Part shown: positions 44,997-54,160 of the stretch, in pieces | How positions within the stretch are numbered: position 1 is the stretch's first letter | Layout: each line of letters begins with the position of its first letter | Assembly: GCA_964435115.1 (NCBI GenBank) | Contig: CAYSYM010000014.1 | Location: 115 to 64,114 of the forward strand | From: an uncultured Chloroflexota bacterium | GTDB taxonomy: Bacteria > Chloroflexota > UBA6077 > CF-72 | Reading direction: 5' to 3' | Length of the DNA: 64,000 nt | Notes under the pieces: model-generated | Seen by the model: the letters and a program-made list of their open reading frames with translations, nothing else | Database searches by the model: none | What the model was told of the DNA's origin: nothing | Translations under genes and position numbers: made by a program

Positions 44997-46709
44997 ATGC
45001 CTGCTCGAAACCCCTTGCACGCGCGACCACGGCGGACGCTCGTGCTGCCGCTCGGCGAGACTGACGCCGAGGCGCGGCAGCTCGTCGGCGAGCGGTTCAC
45101 CGACGCGGCGGTGGAGTGGCTGGACCGGAGGACGCTGCGCAGCCACCCGATCGGGACGTTCGTGGGCCTGGTGCGGCGTTCCTTCGACGACGCCCTGCTG
45201 GTCGCTCCCGACCTCCGACACCCCCGGCTGCGGCTAACTGCCCTCCTCCTCACGCTCCCCCGGGCGCGGCGGCGCTGGCTGGGCGACCGCCAGGGGCGCC
45301 TCGAACCGTTCACGCGCCTCGGCGCCCTTCGCGCGGACGGGCCCGTCGTGGTGCGACACCTCGCCGCCTGCGTCGCGGCGCTCGTCGCGGCCCACCCCCT
45401 CCTGCGGCTGGCCGACACCTACCTGGCTGTCGAAGCGCGACTCGGCCTGCGACGGCTCGAGGGGGGAGCGCCAGCGCGCATCCTCTACCTGCGCAGCCAG
45501 CTCTGGCTCGGCCTGCGTGGGGGCGGCTCGGTTGCCCACACCGCGGGGGTGGTTGGCGGTCTGCGCCAGGCAGGCGTGGACGTGCGGGTGGTCGCGTCCG
45601 ACCGGCTGGAGGGCGTCGAGGTGTCGACCACCGTGGCGCCGGTGGAGCGGTGGTTCGACGGACCACTGAAGGAGGCGGAGGAGCTGGTCTACAACGTCGC
45701 GTTCGTGCGCGCGGCGCTCGCTGCCGCCCGGGCGTTCGCCCCGCACGCCGTCTACCAGCGCTACGAGGCCTTCGACTTCGCCGGCTTCCTCGTGTCCCGC
45801 CTGCTGCGGGTGCCGCTCGTGCTGGAGTTCAACAGCTCGGAGGTCTGGAAGGGACGCTACTGGGGCGGGGTACGGCTCGTCGGGCTCGCAGCGCTGGGAG
45901 AGCGGGTGAACCTGCGGGCGGCGGATCGCGTCGTCGTGGTGTCGCGTGTGCTCGGCGACGCCCTGGTGGCGGCCGGCGTGCCCAGCCACAAGGTGGTGGT
46001 GAACCCGAACGGCGTCGACCCGCGGCGGTTCCATCCTGATGTGCCTGCCCGGAGCCTGCGCGAGCGTCTCGGTCTGGACGGGCGCACCGTCGTGGGCTTC
46101 TCGGGCACGTTCGGCGTCTGGCACGGCATCCCCACCCTGGCCGCTGCACTCCCTCTCGTGGCCCGGGCACGCCCGGAGGTACGCTTCCTGCTGGTGGGCG
46201 ACGGGCCCCTGCGCCGGCTCGTCGTGGAGGCGGTCGAGCGCCACAGCCTGACTGACCGCGTCGTCCTGCCCGGCGCCGTTCCGCACGACCACATGCCAGC
46301 CTACCTCGCCGCGTGTGACGTCCTCCTCTCGCCGCACGGGCGGCAGGCCGACGGCCGCGAGTTCTTCGGGTCACCCACCAAGCTGTACGAGTACATGGCG
46401 GCAGGCCGCGCCATCGTCGCCAGCGGCGTGGGGCAGATTGGCGACGTCCTCCGGGACGGAGAGACGGCGCTCCTCGTGCCCCCCGACGAGCCAGACGCCC
46501 TGGCCGCGGCCGTCACCCGACTGGTGGACGCTCCGGGCCTGCGGGAGCGGCTGGGCCGGGCGGCCCGCGCCCAGGCTGAGCAGGCGCACACCTGGCGGCA
46601 GAACGCGGAGCGCGTGCTGGCGTCACTCACGTCCCCGGTGGCCATCCCGCGCGCGGCCGGCGGCCGCCCTGCGTGCCCCGGTCCAACTCTGGGAGAGCGA
46701 GATGCCTAG
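44997..46709 (+). CDS. Glycosyltransferase family 4 with a ~150-aa N-terminal extension
   Basis: GGGSVAHTAGVVGGL...NPNGVDPRRF...FSGTFGVWHGI...GSPTKLYEYMAAGRAIVASGV...GETALLVPPDE. Confidence 0.85.
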   Translation: MPARNPLHARPRRTLVLPLGETDAEARQLVGERFTDAAVEWLDRRTLRSHPIGTFVGLVRRSFDDALLVAPDLRHPRLRLTALLLTLPRARRRWLGDRQGRLEPFTRLGALRADGPVVVRHLAACVAALVAAHPLLRLADTYLAVEARLGLRRLEGGAPARILYLRSQLWLGLRGGGSVAHTAGVVGGLRQAGVDVRVVASDRLEGVEVSTTVAPVERWFDGPLKEAEELVYNVAFVRAALAAARAFAPHAVYQRYEAFDFAGFLVSRLLRVPLVLEFNSSEVWKGRYWGGVRLVGLAALGERVNLRAADRVVVVSRVLGDALVAAGVPSHKVVVNPNGVDPRRFHPDVPARSLRERLGLDGRTVVGFSGTFGVWHGIPTLAAALPLVARARPEVRFLLVGDGPLRRLVVEAVERHSLTDRVVLPGAVPHDHMPAYLAACDVLLSPHGRQADGREFFGSPTKLYEYMAAGRAIVASGVGQIGDVLRDGETALLVPPDEPDALAAAVTRLVDAPGLRERLGRAARAQAEQAHTWRQNAERVLASLTSPVAIPRAAGGRPACPGPTLGERDA

Positions 46710-47358
46710 CGAACAGGAGCTGTGGGATTGCTACAACGGCCTGCTGCTCAGCCCGGACGTGGAGCGGATCCGCAAGCTGCTCGTGCGCTACGAGCTGTTC
46801 AAGCTAGCGCTCGACGTCCCGGGCGACGTGGTCGAGTGTGGCGTGTTCAAAGGGGCCGGCCTGATGTACTGGCTGAAGCTGCTGCGCATCTACGCCCCGG
46901 CGGCGCGCAAGCGCGTGGTTGGCTTCGACACCTTTGGCGCGTTCGCGGACTCGCTGCTGCCGTACGAGCGCCAGACGGCGCAAGCGTACGTCGACGAAGC
47001 GAGCTTCGCCGGCGCGGATCCCGCGGCCATGCTGGCGCTGGCAGGCGAGGCCGGGTTCGAGGGACAGGTCGAGCTCGTGCCGGGTGACGTGCGGGAGACC
47101 GCCGCCCGGTACGTGCGGGAGCACCCCGGGTTCCGCGTCTCACTGCTCCACCTTGACCTGGACACTTACGTGGGGACCAGGGCCGCCCTGGAAGCGCTCT
47201 ACCCGGTCGTCGTCCCGGGTGGTGTCGTCGTGCTCGACGAATACGGGCAGCCCGGCTGGGGCGAGTCAGATGCAGTGGACGAGTACTTCGCCGGCCAGGC
47301 CATCCGGATCCGTCGCGTGCCCTTCTCGAACAAGCCAACCGCCTTCATCGTCAAGTGA
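46702..47358 (+). CDS. TylF/MycF-family (macrocin-O-methyltransferase-like) SAM-dependent methyltransferase
   Basis: The ATG at 46702 follows GGGAGAG and overlaps the upstream stop. GDVVECGVFKGAG...LLHLDLDTY...GGVVVLDEYG are the TylF-type motifs. Confidence 0.8.
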   Translation: MPSEQELWDCYNGLLLSPDVERIRKLLVRYELFKLALDVPGDVVECGVFKGAGLMYWLKLLRIYAPAARKRVVGFDTFGAFADSLLPYERQTAQAYVDEASFAGADPAAMLALAGEAGFEGQVELVPGDVRETAARYVREHPGFRVSLLHLDLDTYVGTRAALEALYPVVVPGGVVVLDEYGQPGWGESDAVDEYFAGQAIRIRRVPFSNKPTAFIVK

Positions 47359-47416
47359 TGGCACCCCACGCCTCCCGCGGGCGCCGCAGCGTGTAGACTC
47401 ACGCTTCGCGCCGCCG

Positions 47417-48748
47417 ATGTCGTTTCGGAACATCTACCTGACGGTCCAGACCGGCATGGCCGTCCGCGACCTGCTGCGGTGTGGCCCGCTCGACCGGGTG
47501 CTCCAGCACCCGGACGCCCGGGTCGTGCTGCTAACCGGCGGCCAGAGCGACCCGGCGTTCGTCGCCGAGTTCGCTCGCGAGCGCGTGGTGATCGCCGCGC
47601 ACCGGCGCTACGAGCCCACGCCCATGAAGTGGCGGCTGGCCACGCGGCGCTGGCGCTACGCCCGGAGCGCCTGGGTGGCCGACGCGATGAACCGGGTCGA
47701 GGAGCTGCTCGTCCCCAGGGATGTCTACGCGGACCTGTTCCAGGCGTACCCGCCGAGCCTCGTCGTCTCCGGCGATCCGCTGCGACCCGGCGACACCAAC
47801 CTGGTTGCCCAGGCGCGCCGGTACGGCGTCCCATCGCTGGGCAGCGTGCGGAGCTGGGACAACGTCCTGAAGCGGCTCCGGGTGCGCCCCGACGCGGTGA
47901 CCGTGTGGAGCGCGATCAACGCGCGCGAGGCAGTGGCGGTAGACCTGTTCCGGCCAGAGGACGTCATCCAGGTCGGCGCGCCGCAGCTCGATCCCTACTT
48001 CCGGCCCGAGGCGTGGGTGCTATCGCGTGAGGAGTTCTGCCTGGCGCGGGGGCTCAACCCCCACAAGAAGATCCTCCTCCTCGCCACCAGCTCCTTCACC
48101 TACGAGAGCGACCAGACCTACCTGGTCGACATCGTCCTGGACGCCATCCGCTCCGGCGAGATCCGCCATGACGTCCAGGTCGTGCTACGGCTGCACCCGG
48201 ATGACCGCGTTGGCCGCTACCTCAAGTACCGCCACGCGCCGGAGGTCACCCTCGACATCCCGGAGTCCTACCTGGCGACCCTGGGCTGGACGATGAGCCT
48301 GGCGGACATCCACCAGATGGGCAACCTGCTGCGGCACGCCGACGTCATGGTGAACTTCGCCACCACGGTCACGCTGGAGTGCGCGATCTTCGACACCCCA
48401 ACGCTCCTGGTGGCCTTCAGCCCCATCGATCCAGCCGAGATCGAGCGCTACGTCGTCGGCTACCACTTCAAGATGCACTACAAGGGCCTGGTCGAGCGCG
48501 ACCTGGTACCCATCGCCTGGAGCCGCGGCGAGCTGGTCGGGTGGATCAACCGCTACCTGGACGACCCCTCACTCTACCGGGCGCAGCGCGCCGAGATCGT
48601 CCGCGACTGGGTCCAGTTCACCGATGCTCGCTCGGGCGATCGGCTGGGAGACGCCATCCTGCGACAGGCGTGCCTGGAGCCGCCGCCGACACGGCTGGGT
48701 CCCGAGCCGAGAACTCCCGGGGCGCGCGTGCCCGCCGGCGTGCGGTGA
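47417..48748 (+). CDS. Unclassified GT-B-like transferase with an HP motif (TagF / KpsC-KpsS / sialyltransferase-like logic)
   Basis: 443 aa. KKILLLATSSFTYESDQ...VQVVLRLHPDD...LLRHADVMVNFATTVTLECAIFDTPTLLV resembles the C-terminal Rossmann half of HP-motif transferases. No confident family assignment. Confidence 0.6.
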   Translation: MSFRNIYLTVQTGMAVRDLLRCGPLDRVLQHPDARVVLLTGGQSDPAFVAEFARERVVIAAHRRYEPTPMKWRLATRRWRYARSAWVADAMNRVEELLVPRDVYADLFQAYPPSLVVSGDPLRPGDTNLVAQARRYGVPSLGSVRSWDNVLKRLRVRPDAVTVWSAINAREAVAVDLFRPEDVIQVGAPQLDPYFRPEAWVLSREEFCLARGLNPHKKILLLATSSFTYESDQTYLVDIVLDAIRSGEIRHDVQVVLRLHPDDRVGRYLKYRHAPEVTLDIPESYLATLGWTMSLADIHQMGNLLRHADVMVNFATTVTLECAIFDTPTLLVAFSPIDPAEIERYVVGYHFKMHYKGLVERDLVPIAWSRGELVGWINRYLDDPSLYRAQRAEIVRDWVQFTDARSGDRLGDAILRQACLEPPPTRLGPEPRTPGARVPAGVR

Positions 48749-50079
48749 CACCCGGCACACCACGTGTGGCCCTGATAGGGCCGGCTCCACCGGCCCTGGG
48801 CGGCCGCACGCCGGGCGGCGTCGCCACGCACCTGCTCCACCTCGTCGAGGGGCTGTCCGCCGCGGGAGTGGAGGTGAGTCTGCTGGTGACGAACCTGCTC
48901 GCCGGGTCGCCCGAAGCCTGGCAGGACGGTGGTCGCTCCTACGCGGTGTACCGGATGCACCTGCCGGCCGGTCCGCTAGGGTGGCTCGACCCCGGGTACA
49001 TGGGCGCCGTCGGGCCTGGCACGCTGGCGCGCTACGCCTGGCACCTCGCGCGCCACACCGGGCAGCCGCTCGGCTCGCGTCGCATCGCGCTCGCCCACCT
49101 GGTCTGGTACCGCCACTTCGTGCTCGCCGTGCGTCCCCAGCTCCTGCACGTCCAGCACCCGCTGGAGCGCCACCTGTACGCCCGGCTCCTCGCCGAGTAC
49201 GAGGGGTGGCGGCTCCCGCTCGTCGTCACCCTCCACAGCTTCTTCAACGAGCACCCCGAGCACCTGGTCCAGCAGGTGATGCGGCCCAACCTGCCGCGCG
49301 CGGACCGGCTGATCGCGGTCAGCCGCAGCACGGCCGAGCAAGCGGTCCAGCTCGGGGCGGACCCGGCCCGGATCCGTGTGATCCGCTCCGGCGTGGACGC
49401 CGCGCGCTTCCGCCCGCGCGACCGGGCCGGAGCACGCGCCCGGCTGGGGGTGGCGCGGGACCTCCCGCTCCTGCTGTTCGTGGGCAACCTCGAGCCGCGG
49501 AAGGCTGTCGACCGCCTGCTGCTGGCGCTCGCGCACGTACGGCGCACGGTGCCGGAGGCCACGCTGGCCATCGTCGGTACGGGAGAGGCGGCTGGGGCCG
49601 ACGACCAGGAGCCGCGCCTGCGGCGGATGGCCGAGGAGCTGGGGCTGGCACCGGCGGTGTGGTTCCTCGGCCGCGTCGCGGACGAGCGCCTACCCGACTG
49701 GTACGCGGCCGCCGACGTGTTCGCCCTGCCGTCCAGCTCGGAGGGACAGGGGATCGCCGCCCTGGAGGCGATGGCGGCCGGGCTGCCCGTCGTGGTGTCG
49801 GCCGTCGGCGGCCTGCGGGACACGGTGGAGGACGGCCGCACGGGCTACCTGGTACCGTTCGGTGACGTGGAGGCGCTCGCACGCCGTGTGGCCGACCTCC
49901 TGGCGGACCCGGAGCGGCGAGCGGCGGTGGGAGCCGCCGCCCGCGAGGCGGTCGTTCGCGACTTTTCGTGGGAGCGCTCGGTCGCTGCCACCGTCGAGGT
50001 CTACCGTGAGGCGCTGGAGTCGGCGCCCAGTCCTTCGACGGACGAGCACGCGCCCGGGCGGGAGCGCGCCCATGCCTGA
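48745..50079 (+). CDS. Glycosyltransferase family 4
   Basis: GTGA overlap with the upstream gene. GGVATHLLHLVEGL...RSGVDAARFRP...LFVGNLEPRKAVDRLL...PSSSEGQGIAALEAMAAGLPVVVSAVGG...GRTGYLVPFGD. Confidence 0.88.
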   Translation: MTPGTPRVALIGPAPPALGGRTPGGVATHLLHLVEGLSAAGVEVSLLVTNLLAGSPEAWQDGGRSYAVYRMHLPAGPLGWLDPGYMGAVGPGTLARYAWHLARHTGQPLGSRRIALAHLVWYRHFVLAVRPQLLHVQHPLERHLYARLLAEYEGWRLPLVVTLHSFFNEHPEHLVQQVMRPNLPRADRLIAVSRSTAEQAVQLGADPARIRVIRSGVDAARFRPRDRAGARARLGVARDLPLLLFVGNLEPRKAVDRLLLALAHVRRTVPEATLAIVGTGEAAGADDQEPRLRRMAEELGLAPAVWFLGRVADERLPDWYAAADVFALPSSSEGQGIAALEAMAAGLPVVVSAVGGLRDTVEDGRTGYLVPFGDVEALARRVADLLADPERRAAVGAAAREAVVRDFSWERSVAATVEVYREALESAPSPSTDEHAPGRERAHA

Positions 50080-52264
50080 GGCGCAGCCACGGGCGCCGGG
50101 GACAGACGTGTCACTGCCAGACGGTCGGGCGACGTCGGCGCCAGGCCAGGCCCTGCAGGGGCCCTCGATCGTGGGGCACGTCCTGGAGCGCGTACGGCAC
50201 ACGCCGGCCCGCCAGGTGCCGGGCAAGGCCGTCCGCTTCGCCGTTCGGCCGCTGCGCCAGCGCCTGCGGCGGTGGGAGCGCGAGCGCGCGGCGGGCGAGC
50301 TGTCAGACGAAGCGTTGCTGCGGGCCCTGGATAGCCGGTTCGGGACGGTCCAGGACGTCCTCGCCCACTTCCGCGCCCGGATGGAGCCGCGCTTCTTCGT
50401 GGACCCGCCCGAGGCTCGCCGGCGGGCGCAGGCGATCGCCCGGACCTATCCCCACCTGGCTGAGCGCACCCAGCGCTCGGCCGAGGCGGTCGTCGCGCAC
50501 GTATTCGACTTGCTGGGCTCCGGCCCCGTCGCTCATGGGTCGCGCATCGACTGGCACACCGACCCCAAGGTGGGCTTCACCTGGCTGCCGCAGTACTACG
50601 AGGAGATCGACTACCACGCCTATGGCCACCCCTCGGACGTCAAGCTGCCGTGGGAGCTGAGTCGCTGCCACCAGCTCGTGACGCTCGGCCGGGCCTATGC
50701 GCTCGATGGCGAGCCGCGCTACGCCCGCGAGTTCGTCGACCAGCTCGAGGCGTGGCTCGAGAGCAACCCGTACCTGCGGAGCGTCAACTGGGGCCGGGCC
50801 ATGGAGGTGGCCATCCGCGCGATCAACTGGCTGTGGGCGGCCGCGCTCTTCGCCGACGCGCCCGAGTTCCACGACCGCGCCCGACTGCGGTGGCTCAAGG
50901 CGCTGCTCCAGCACGGGCGCTACATCGTGGACAACCTGGAGGTCTCCGAGAACAACGGGAACCACTACCTTGCCAACGGCGTCGGTCTGGCCTTCCTGGG
51001 CATCCTCCTGCCGGAGCTCCGCGAATCCGCGGCCTGGCGGCGCCTGGGGCTGGAGATCGTGTGGGGCGAGATCGAACGCCAGGTGCACCCGGACGGCGTG
51101 GACTTCGAGAAGGGGATTGGCTACCAGGGCCTGGTGCTCGAGTTCTGGTACTCCACGCTGGCGCTGTGCGAGCTGAACGGCCTCCCCGTGCCGCCGGCCG
51201 CGCGCGAGCGGCTGGCGCGTATGTTCGAGTTCGTCCTGGCCTACACGCGGCCGGACGGGACCTTCCCGCAGATCGGCGACAACGACGACGGCCGCCTGGC
51301 CGGCCTGGACGACGAGCGGATCGGCACCCACCGCCGGCACCTGGCGGTGGGAGGAGCGATCCTGGGCCGGCCTGACCTGCTCGGCGCCGCCGGCGACTCG
51401 GTCGAGACGGCTGTCTGGCTGTACGGCACGGGCGTCCTCGAGGCGCCGCGGGCGCGGCCCGAGCTCCCGTCCCGGGCGTTCCGGGCCGGTGGCTTCTACG
51501 TGCTGCGCGGCCCGGACGCGGTGATGGTCGTCGACGCGGGCGAGGTGGGGATGAACGGGATCGGCGGCCACGGCCACAACGACCTGCTCTCCTTCGACCT
51601 CTGGGCGGCCGGCGGCCCGCTGGTGGTCGATCCCGGAACGTACGCCTACACCGCCGATCCCGCGGCTCGGCAGGCGATCCGGGCGACCGCGGCGCACAAC
51701 ACCGTGCGCGTCGATGGCGAGGAGATCGCGCGGCTGGGCCGGTTCCCGTTCCTGTGGCGGATCGAGGACGACGCCCGGCCAACCGTCAACCGGTGGGAGA
51801 GCGATGCCGACCACGACCTGCTGGACGCCGAGCACGACGGCTACCGGCGGCTGCGCGAGCCGGTCATCCACCGCCGCCGGATCCTGTTCGACAAGCGGCG
51901 CCGGGTGTGGCTGATCGAAGACCATCTGGAGGGCATGGGCGAGCACGAGGTGGAGCTGTTCCTCCACCTGGCCGGTCCGGCCATGGAGCACGACGGGTTG
52001 TGCGTGCGACTGAAGGCGCCCCGAGGCGACCTGTGGATCGTGCCCCTGGAGCATGCCGCCAGCTTCGCGCTCAGCGTGGAGGAGGGTTGGATCTCGCGGG
52101 GCTACGGCTATCGGGAGCCGGCGCCTGTGCTACGGTACGCCGCGCGTGCGCGGACTCCCGCCAGCTTCACGACCGGCCTCGCGCTGGTCCGGTCCGGAGG
52201 GACCCTGGAGGATGCCCGCGCCCTCCTGGCTGCCGCCCGGGGTCTGGCGGGTGGCGAGCGCTGA
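50072..52264 (+). CDS. Heparinase II/III-like (alginate-lyase-fold N-domain plus Hepar_II_III C-domain) protein
   Basis: ATG 50072 overlaps the upstream stop by 8 nt. DVKLPWELSRCHQLVTLGRAY...WLESNPYLRSVNWGRAMEVAIRAINW...NGNHYLANGVGL...GHGHNDLLSFDL...AHNTV are the family hallmarks. Confidence 0.82.
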   Translation: MPEAQPRAPGTDVSLPDGRATSAPGQALQGPSIVGHVLERVRHTPARQVPGKAVRFAVRPLRQRLRRWERERAAGELSDEALLRALDSRFGTVQDVLAHFRARMEPRFFVDPPEARRRAQAIARTYPHLAERTQRSAEAVVAHVFDLLGSGPVAHGSRIDWHTDPKVGFTWLPQYYEEIDYHAYGHPSDVKLPWELSRCHQLVTLGRAYALDGEPRYAREFVDQLEAWLESNPYLRSVNWGRAMEVAIRAINWLWAAALFADAPEFHDRARLRWLKALLQHGRYIVDNLEVSENNGNHYLANGVGLAFLGILLPELRESAAWRRLGLEIVWGEIERQVHPDGVDFEKGIGYQGLVLEFWYSTLALCELNGLPVPPAARERLARMFEFVLAYTRPDGTFPQIGDNDDGRLAGLDDERIGTHRRHLAVGGAILGRPDLLGAAGDSVETAVWLYGTGVLEAPRARPELPSRAFRAGGFYVLRGPDAVMVVDAGEVGMNGIGGHGHNDLLSFDLWAAGGPLVVDPGTYAYTADPAARQAIRATAAHNTVRVDGEEIARLGRFPFLWRIEDDARPTVNRWESDADHDLLDAEHDGYRRLREPVIHRRRILFDKRRRVWLIEDHLEGMGEHEVELFLHLAGPAMEHDGLCVRLKAPRGDLWIVPLEHAASFALSVEEGWISRGYGYREPAPVLRYAARARTPASFTTGLALVRSGGTLEDARALLAAARGLAGGER

Positions 52265-52270
52265 GCCGGT

Positions 52271-54160
52271 ATGTGCGGGATAGCCGGCATCTTCCGCTTC
52301 GGCGCGCCCTCGCTCGCCCCTGACGACGGGCCCACGCTGGGACGGATGATGCAGGTCCTCCGCCACCGCGGGCCGGACGCGCAGGGCTCGGTCCTCGAGG
52401 GCAGCTGCGCGCTCGGCAACCTGCGGCTGAGCATCCTGGACCTGAGCCCAGCCGGCAACCAGCCGATGGCGAGCGAGGACGGACGCCTGTGGCTGATCCA
52501 CAACGGCGAAATCTATAACTACCTGGAGCTGCGTGAGGAGCTGTGCGCACGCGGCGCGATCTTCCGCGGCGGCAGCGACACCGAGGTGCTGCTGAAGGCG
52601 TACGAGGCCTGGGGCGACGCGTGCGTGACGCGCCTCGTGGGGATGTGGGCGTTCGCTCTCTTCGACACCCGGCAGCGCCGGCTGCTCCTCTCGCGCGACC
52701 GCTTCGGCATCAAGCCGCTCTACTACCTGCAGACGCCGACCACCGTCGCCTTCGCCTCCGAGATCAAGGCGCTGCTCGAGTTCATGCGTGCCGACGGCGT
52801 CCCGGTGCGGCCGAAGACGGCGAGCATCGCCACCTACGTCGGGACGGGGCTGGTGGACGGGCTTGAGGAAACCTTCTTCGAGGGCGTCTTCCGCTTCCCG
52901 GCTGCCAGCAGCGCGGTGTGCACTCTGGCCAGTGGCGGGCTGCGGTTCGCTCCCTACTGGTCGCTGCCGGACGCCGCCCGGGAGCGGAGCGCCGCGCTCG
53001 GGGGGCTCTCCGAGCGCCAGGTGGCCGCCCGGGTCCACGACGAGCTGGGCGACGCGGTGCGCCTTCACCTGCGGAGCGACGTGCCGGTGGGCGTGAACCT
53101 GAGCGGCGGACTGGATTCGAGCACGGTGGTGGGCCTGGCTGCCGCGCACGTGGAACAGGTCCGCACCTTCACGATCCACTTCCAGGGCGAGCGGTTCGAC
53201 GAGCGCCCCTACGCCGAGCGGGTGATCCACGCCTTTCGCGCCGCGGCGTCGTTTCGGCCGGGCGATCCGGAGGAGTTGCTGCCCACGCTGGACCGGGTGG
53301 CCTGGCACCTGGACGAGCCCGCGCTGAGCCCGTCCGTCTACGCCCACTGGCTCGCCATGCAGCTCGCGAGCCAGCACGTGAAGGTGGTCCTGGACGGCCA
53401 GGGTGGTGATGAGGTCTTTGGCGGCTACACCCCGTACTACACGCAGTATCTTTACCAGCTCGCCCGGTCCGGGAACGTCGCACGTTTCGCGCGGGAGGCG
53501 CTCGGTCTGGCTGGCGTCCAGGGCGCGGCCGTGGCCCGGAGCGCCGCGCGCAACGCCGTGGCCATGGTGGCCAGGCCGCCAGCGCGGAACGGCCCGGTGG
53601 CCGCCCCGGACGCGGCGCTCCTGCGGCCGGAGCTGCGGCCCGAGGTCGACGCTCGCTCCAATGAGTGGCGCCTGTGGCCGCCCCTCTTCACCGACTGGCT
53701 GAACACCGTCCTGTACTGGGAGCTGCGCACGAACCGGCTACCCGCACTCCTGCGGTACGAGGACCGACTGAGCATGGCCTTCTCCATCGAGTCGCGCGTC
53801 CCCCTGCTGGACCACCGCGTCGTCGAGCTGAGCTTCGCACTGCCCGCGGCCTGGAAGATCCGCAACGGCTGGTCGAAGTGGGTTCTCCGCCGGGCGGTCG
53901 AAGACCTCCTGCCACCGGAGATCGTGTGGCGGCGGGACAAGATGGGCTTCCCGCTCCCCCTCCGCCACTGGCTGCGGAACGGTCTCATGCGCCACGTCGA
54001 CGACCTGCTGCTCACGTCCGGCCGTCGCTCGCTGGCGTACCTCGATCGCGAGGTGCTGCGGGAGACGATGGCGCAGCACGCGGACGGGCGAGCCGATCGG
54101 TCGGCGCTCATCTGGCGAGCGCTGAACCTGGAGGTCTGGCTGCGTGCCTTCGATCTCTAA
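52271..54160 (+). CDS. asnB: Asparagine synthase (glutamine-hydrolysing) family amidotransferase, second copy
   Basis: MCGIAGIF nucleophile. LSGGLDSS PP-loop. 629 aa. Confidence 0.92.
   Translation: MCGIAGIFRFGAPSLAPDDGPTLGRMMQVLRHRGPDAQGSVLEGSCALGNLRLSILDLSPAGNQPMASEDGRLWLIHNGEIYNYLELREELCARGAIFRGGSDTEVLLKAYEAWGDACVTRLVGMWAFALFDTRQRRLLLSRDRFGIKPLYYLQTPTTVAFASEIKALLEFMRADGVPVRPKTASIATYVGTGLVDGLEETFFEGVFRFPAASSAVCTLASGGLRFAPYWSLPDAARERSAALGGLSERQVAARVHDELGDAVRLHLRSDVPVGVNLSGGLDSSTVVGLAAAHVEQVRTFTIHFQGERFDERPYAERVIHAFRAAASFRPGDPEELLPTLDRVAWHLDEPALSPSVYAHWLAMQLASQHVKVVLDGQGGDEVFGGYTPYYTQYLYQLARSGNVARFAREALGLAGVQGAAVARSAARNAVAMVARPPARNGPVAAPDAALLRPELRPEVDARSNEWRLWPPLFTDWLNTVLYWELRTNRLPALLRYEDRLSMAFSIESRVPLLDHRVVELSFALPAAWKIRNGWSKWVLRRAVEDLLPPEIVWRRDKMGFPLPLRHWLRNGLMRHVDDLLLTSGRRSLAYLDREVLRETMAQHADGRADRSALIWRALNLEVWLRAFDL

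Noticed and set aside
46315-47416. Long N-terminal extensions of track ORFs 46315..47358, 46919..48748, 48379..50079 and 49862..52264
   Set aside because: The extensions overlap the preceding well-supported genes out of frame and are Arg/Pro/Ala-rich. Internal starts with RBSs or stop-start overlaps give proteins of normal family length.
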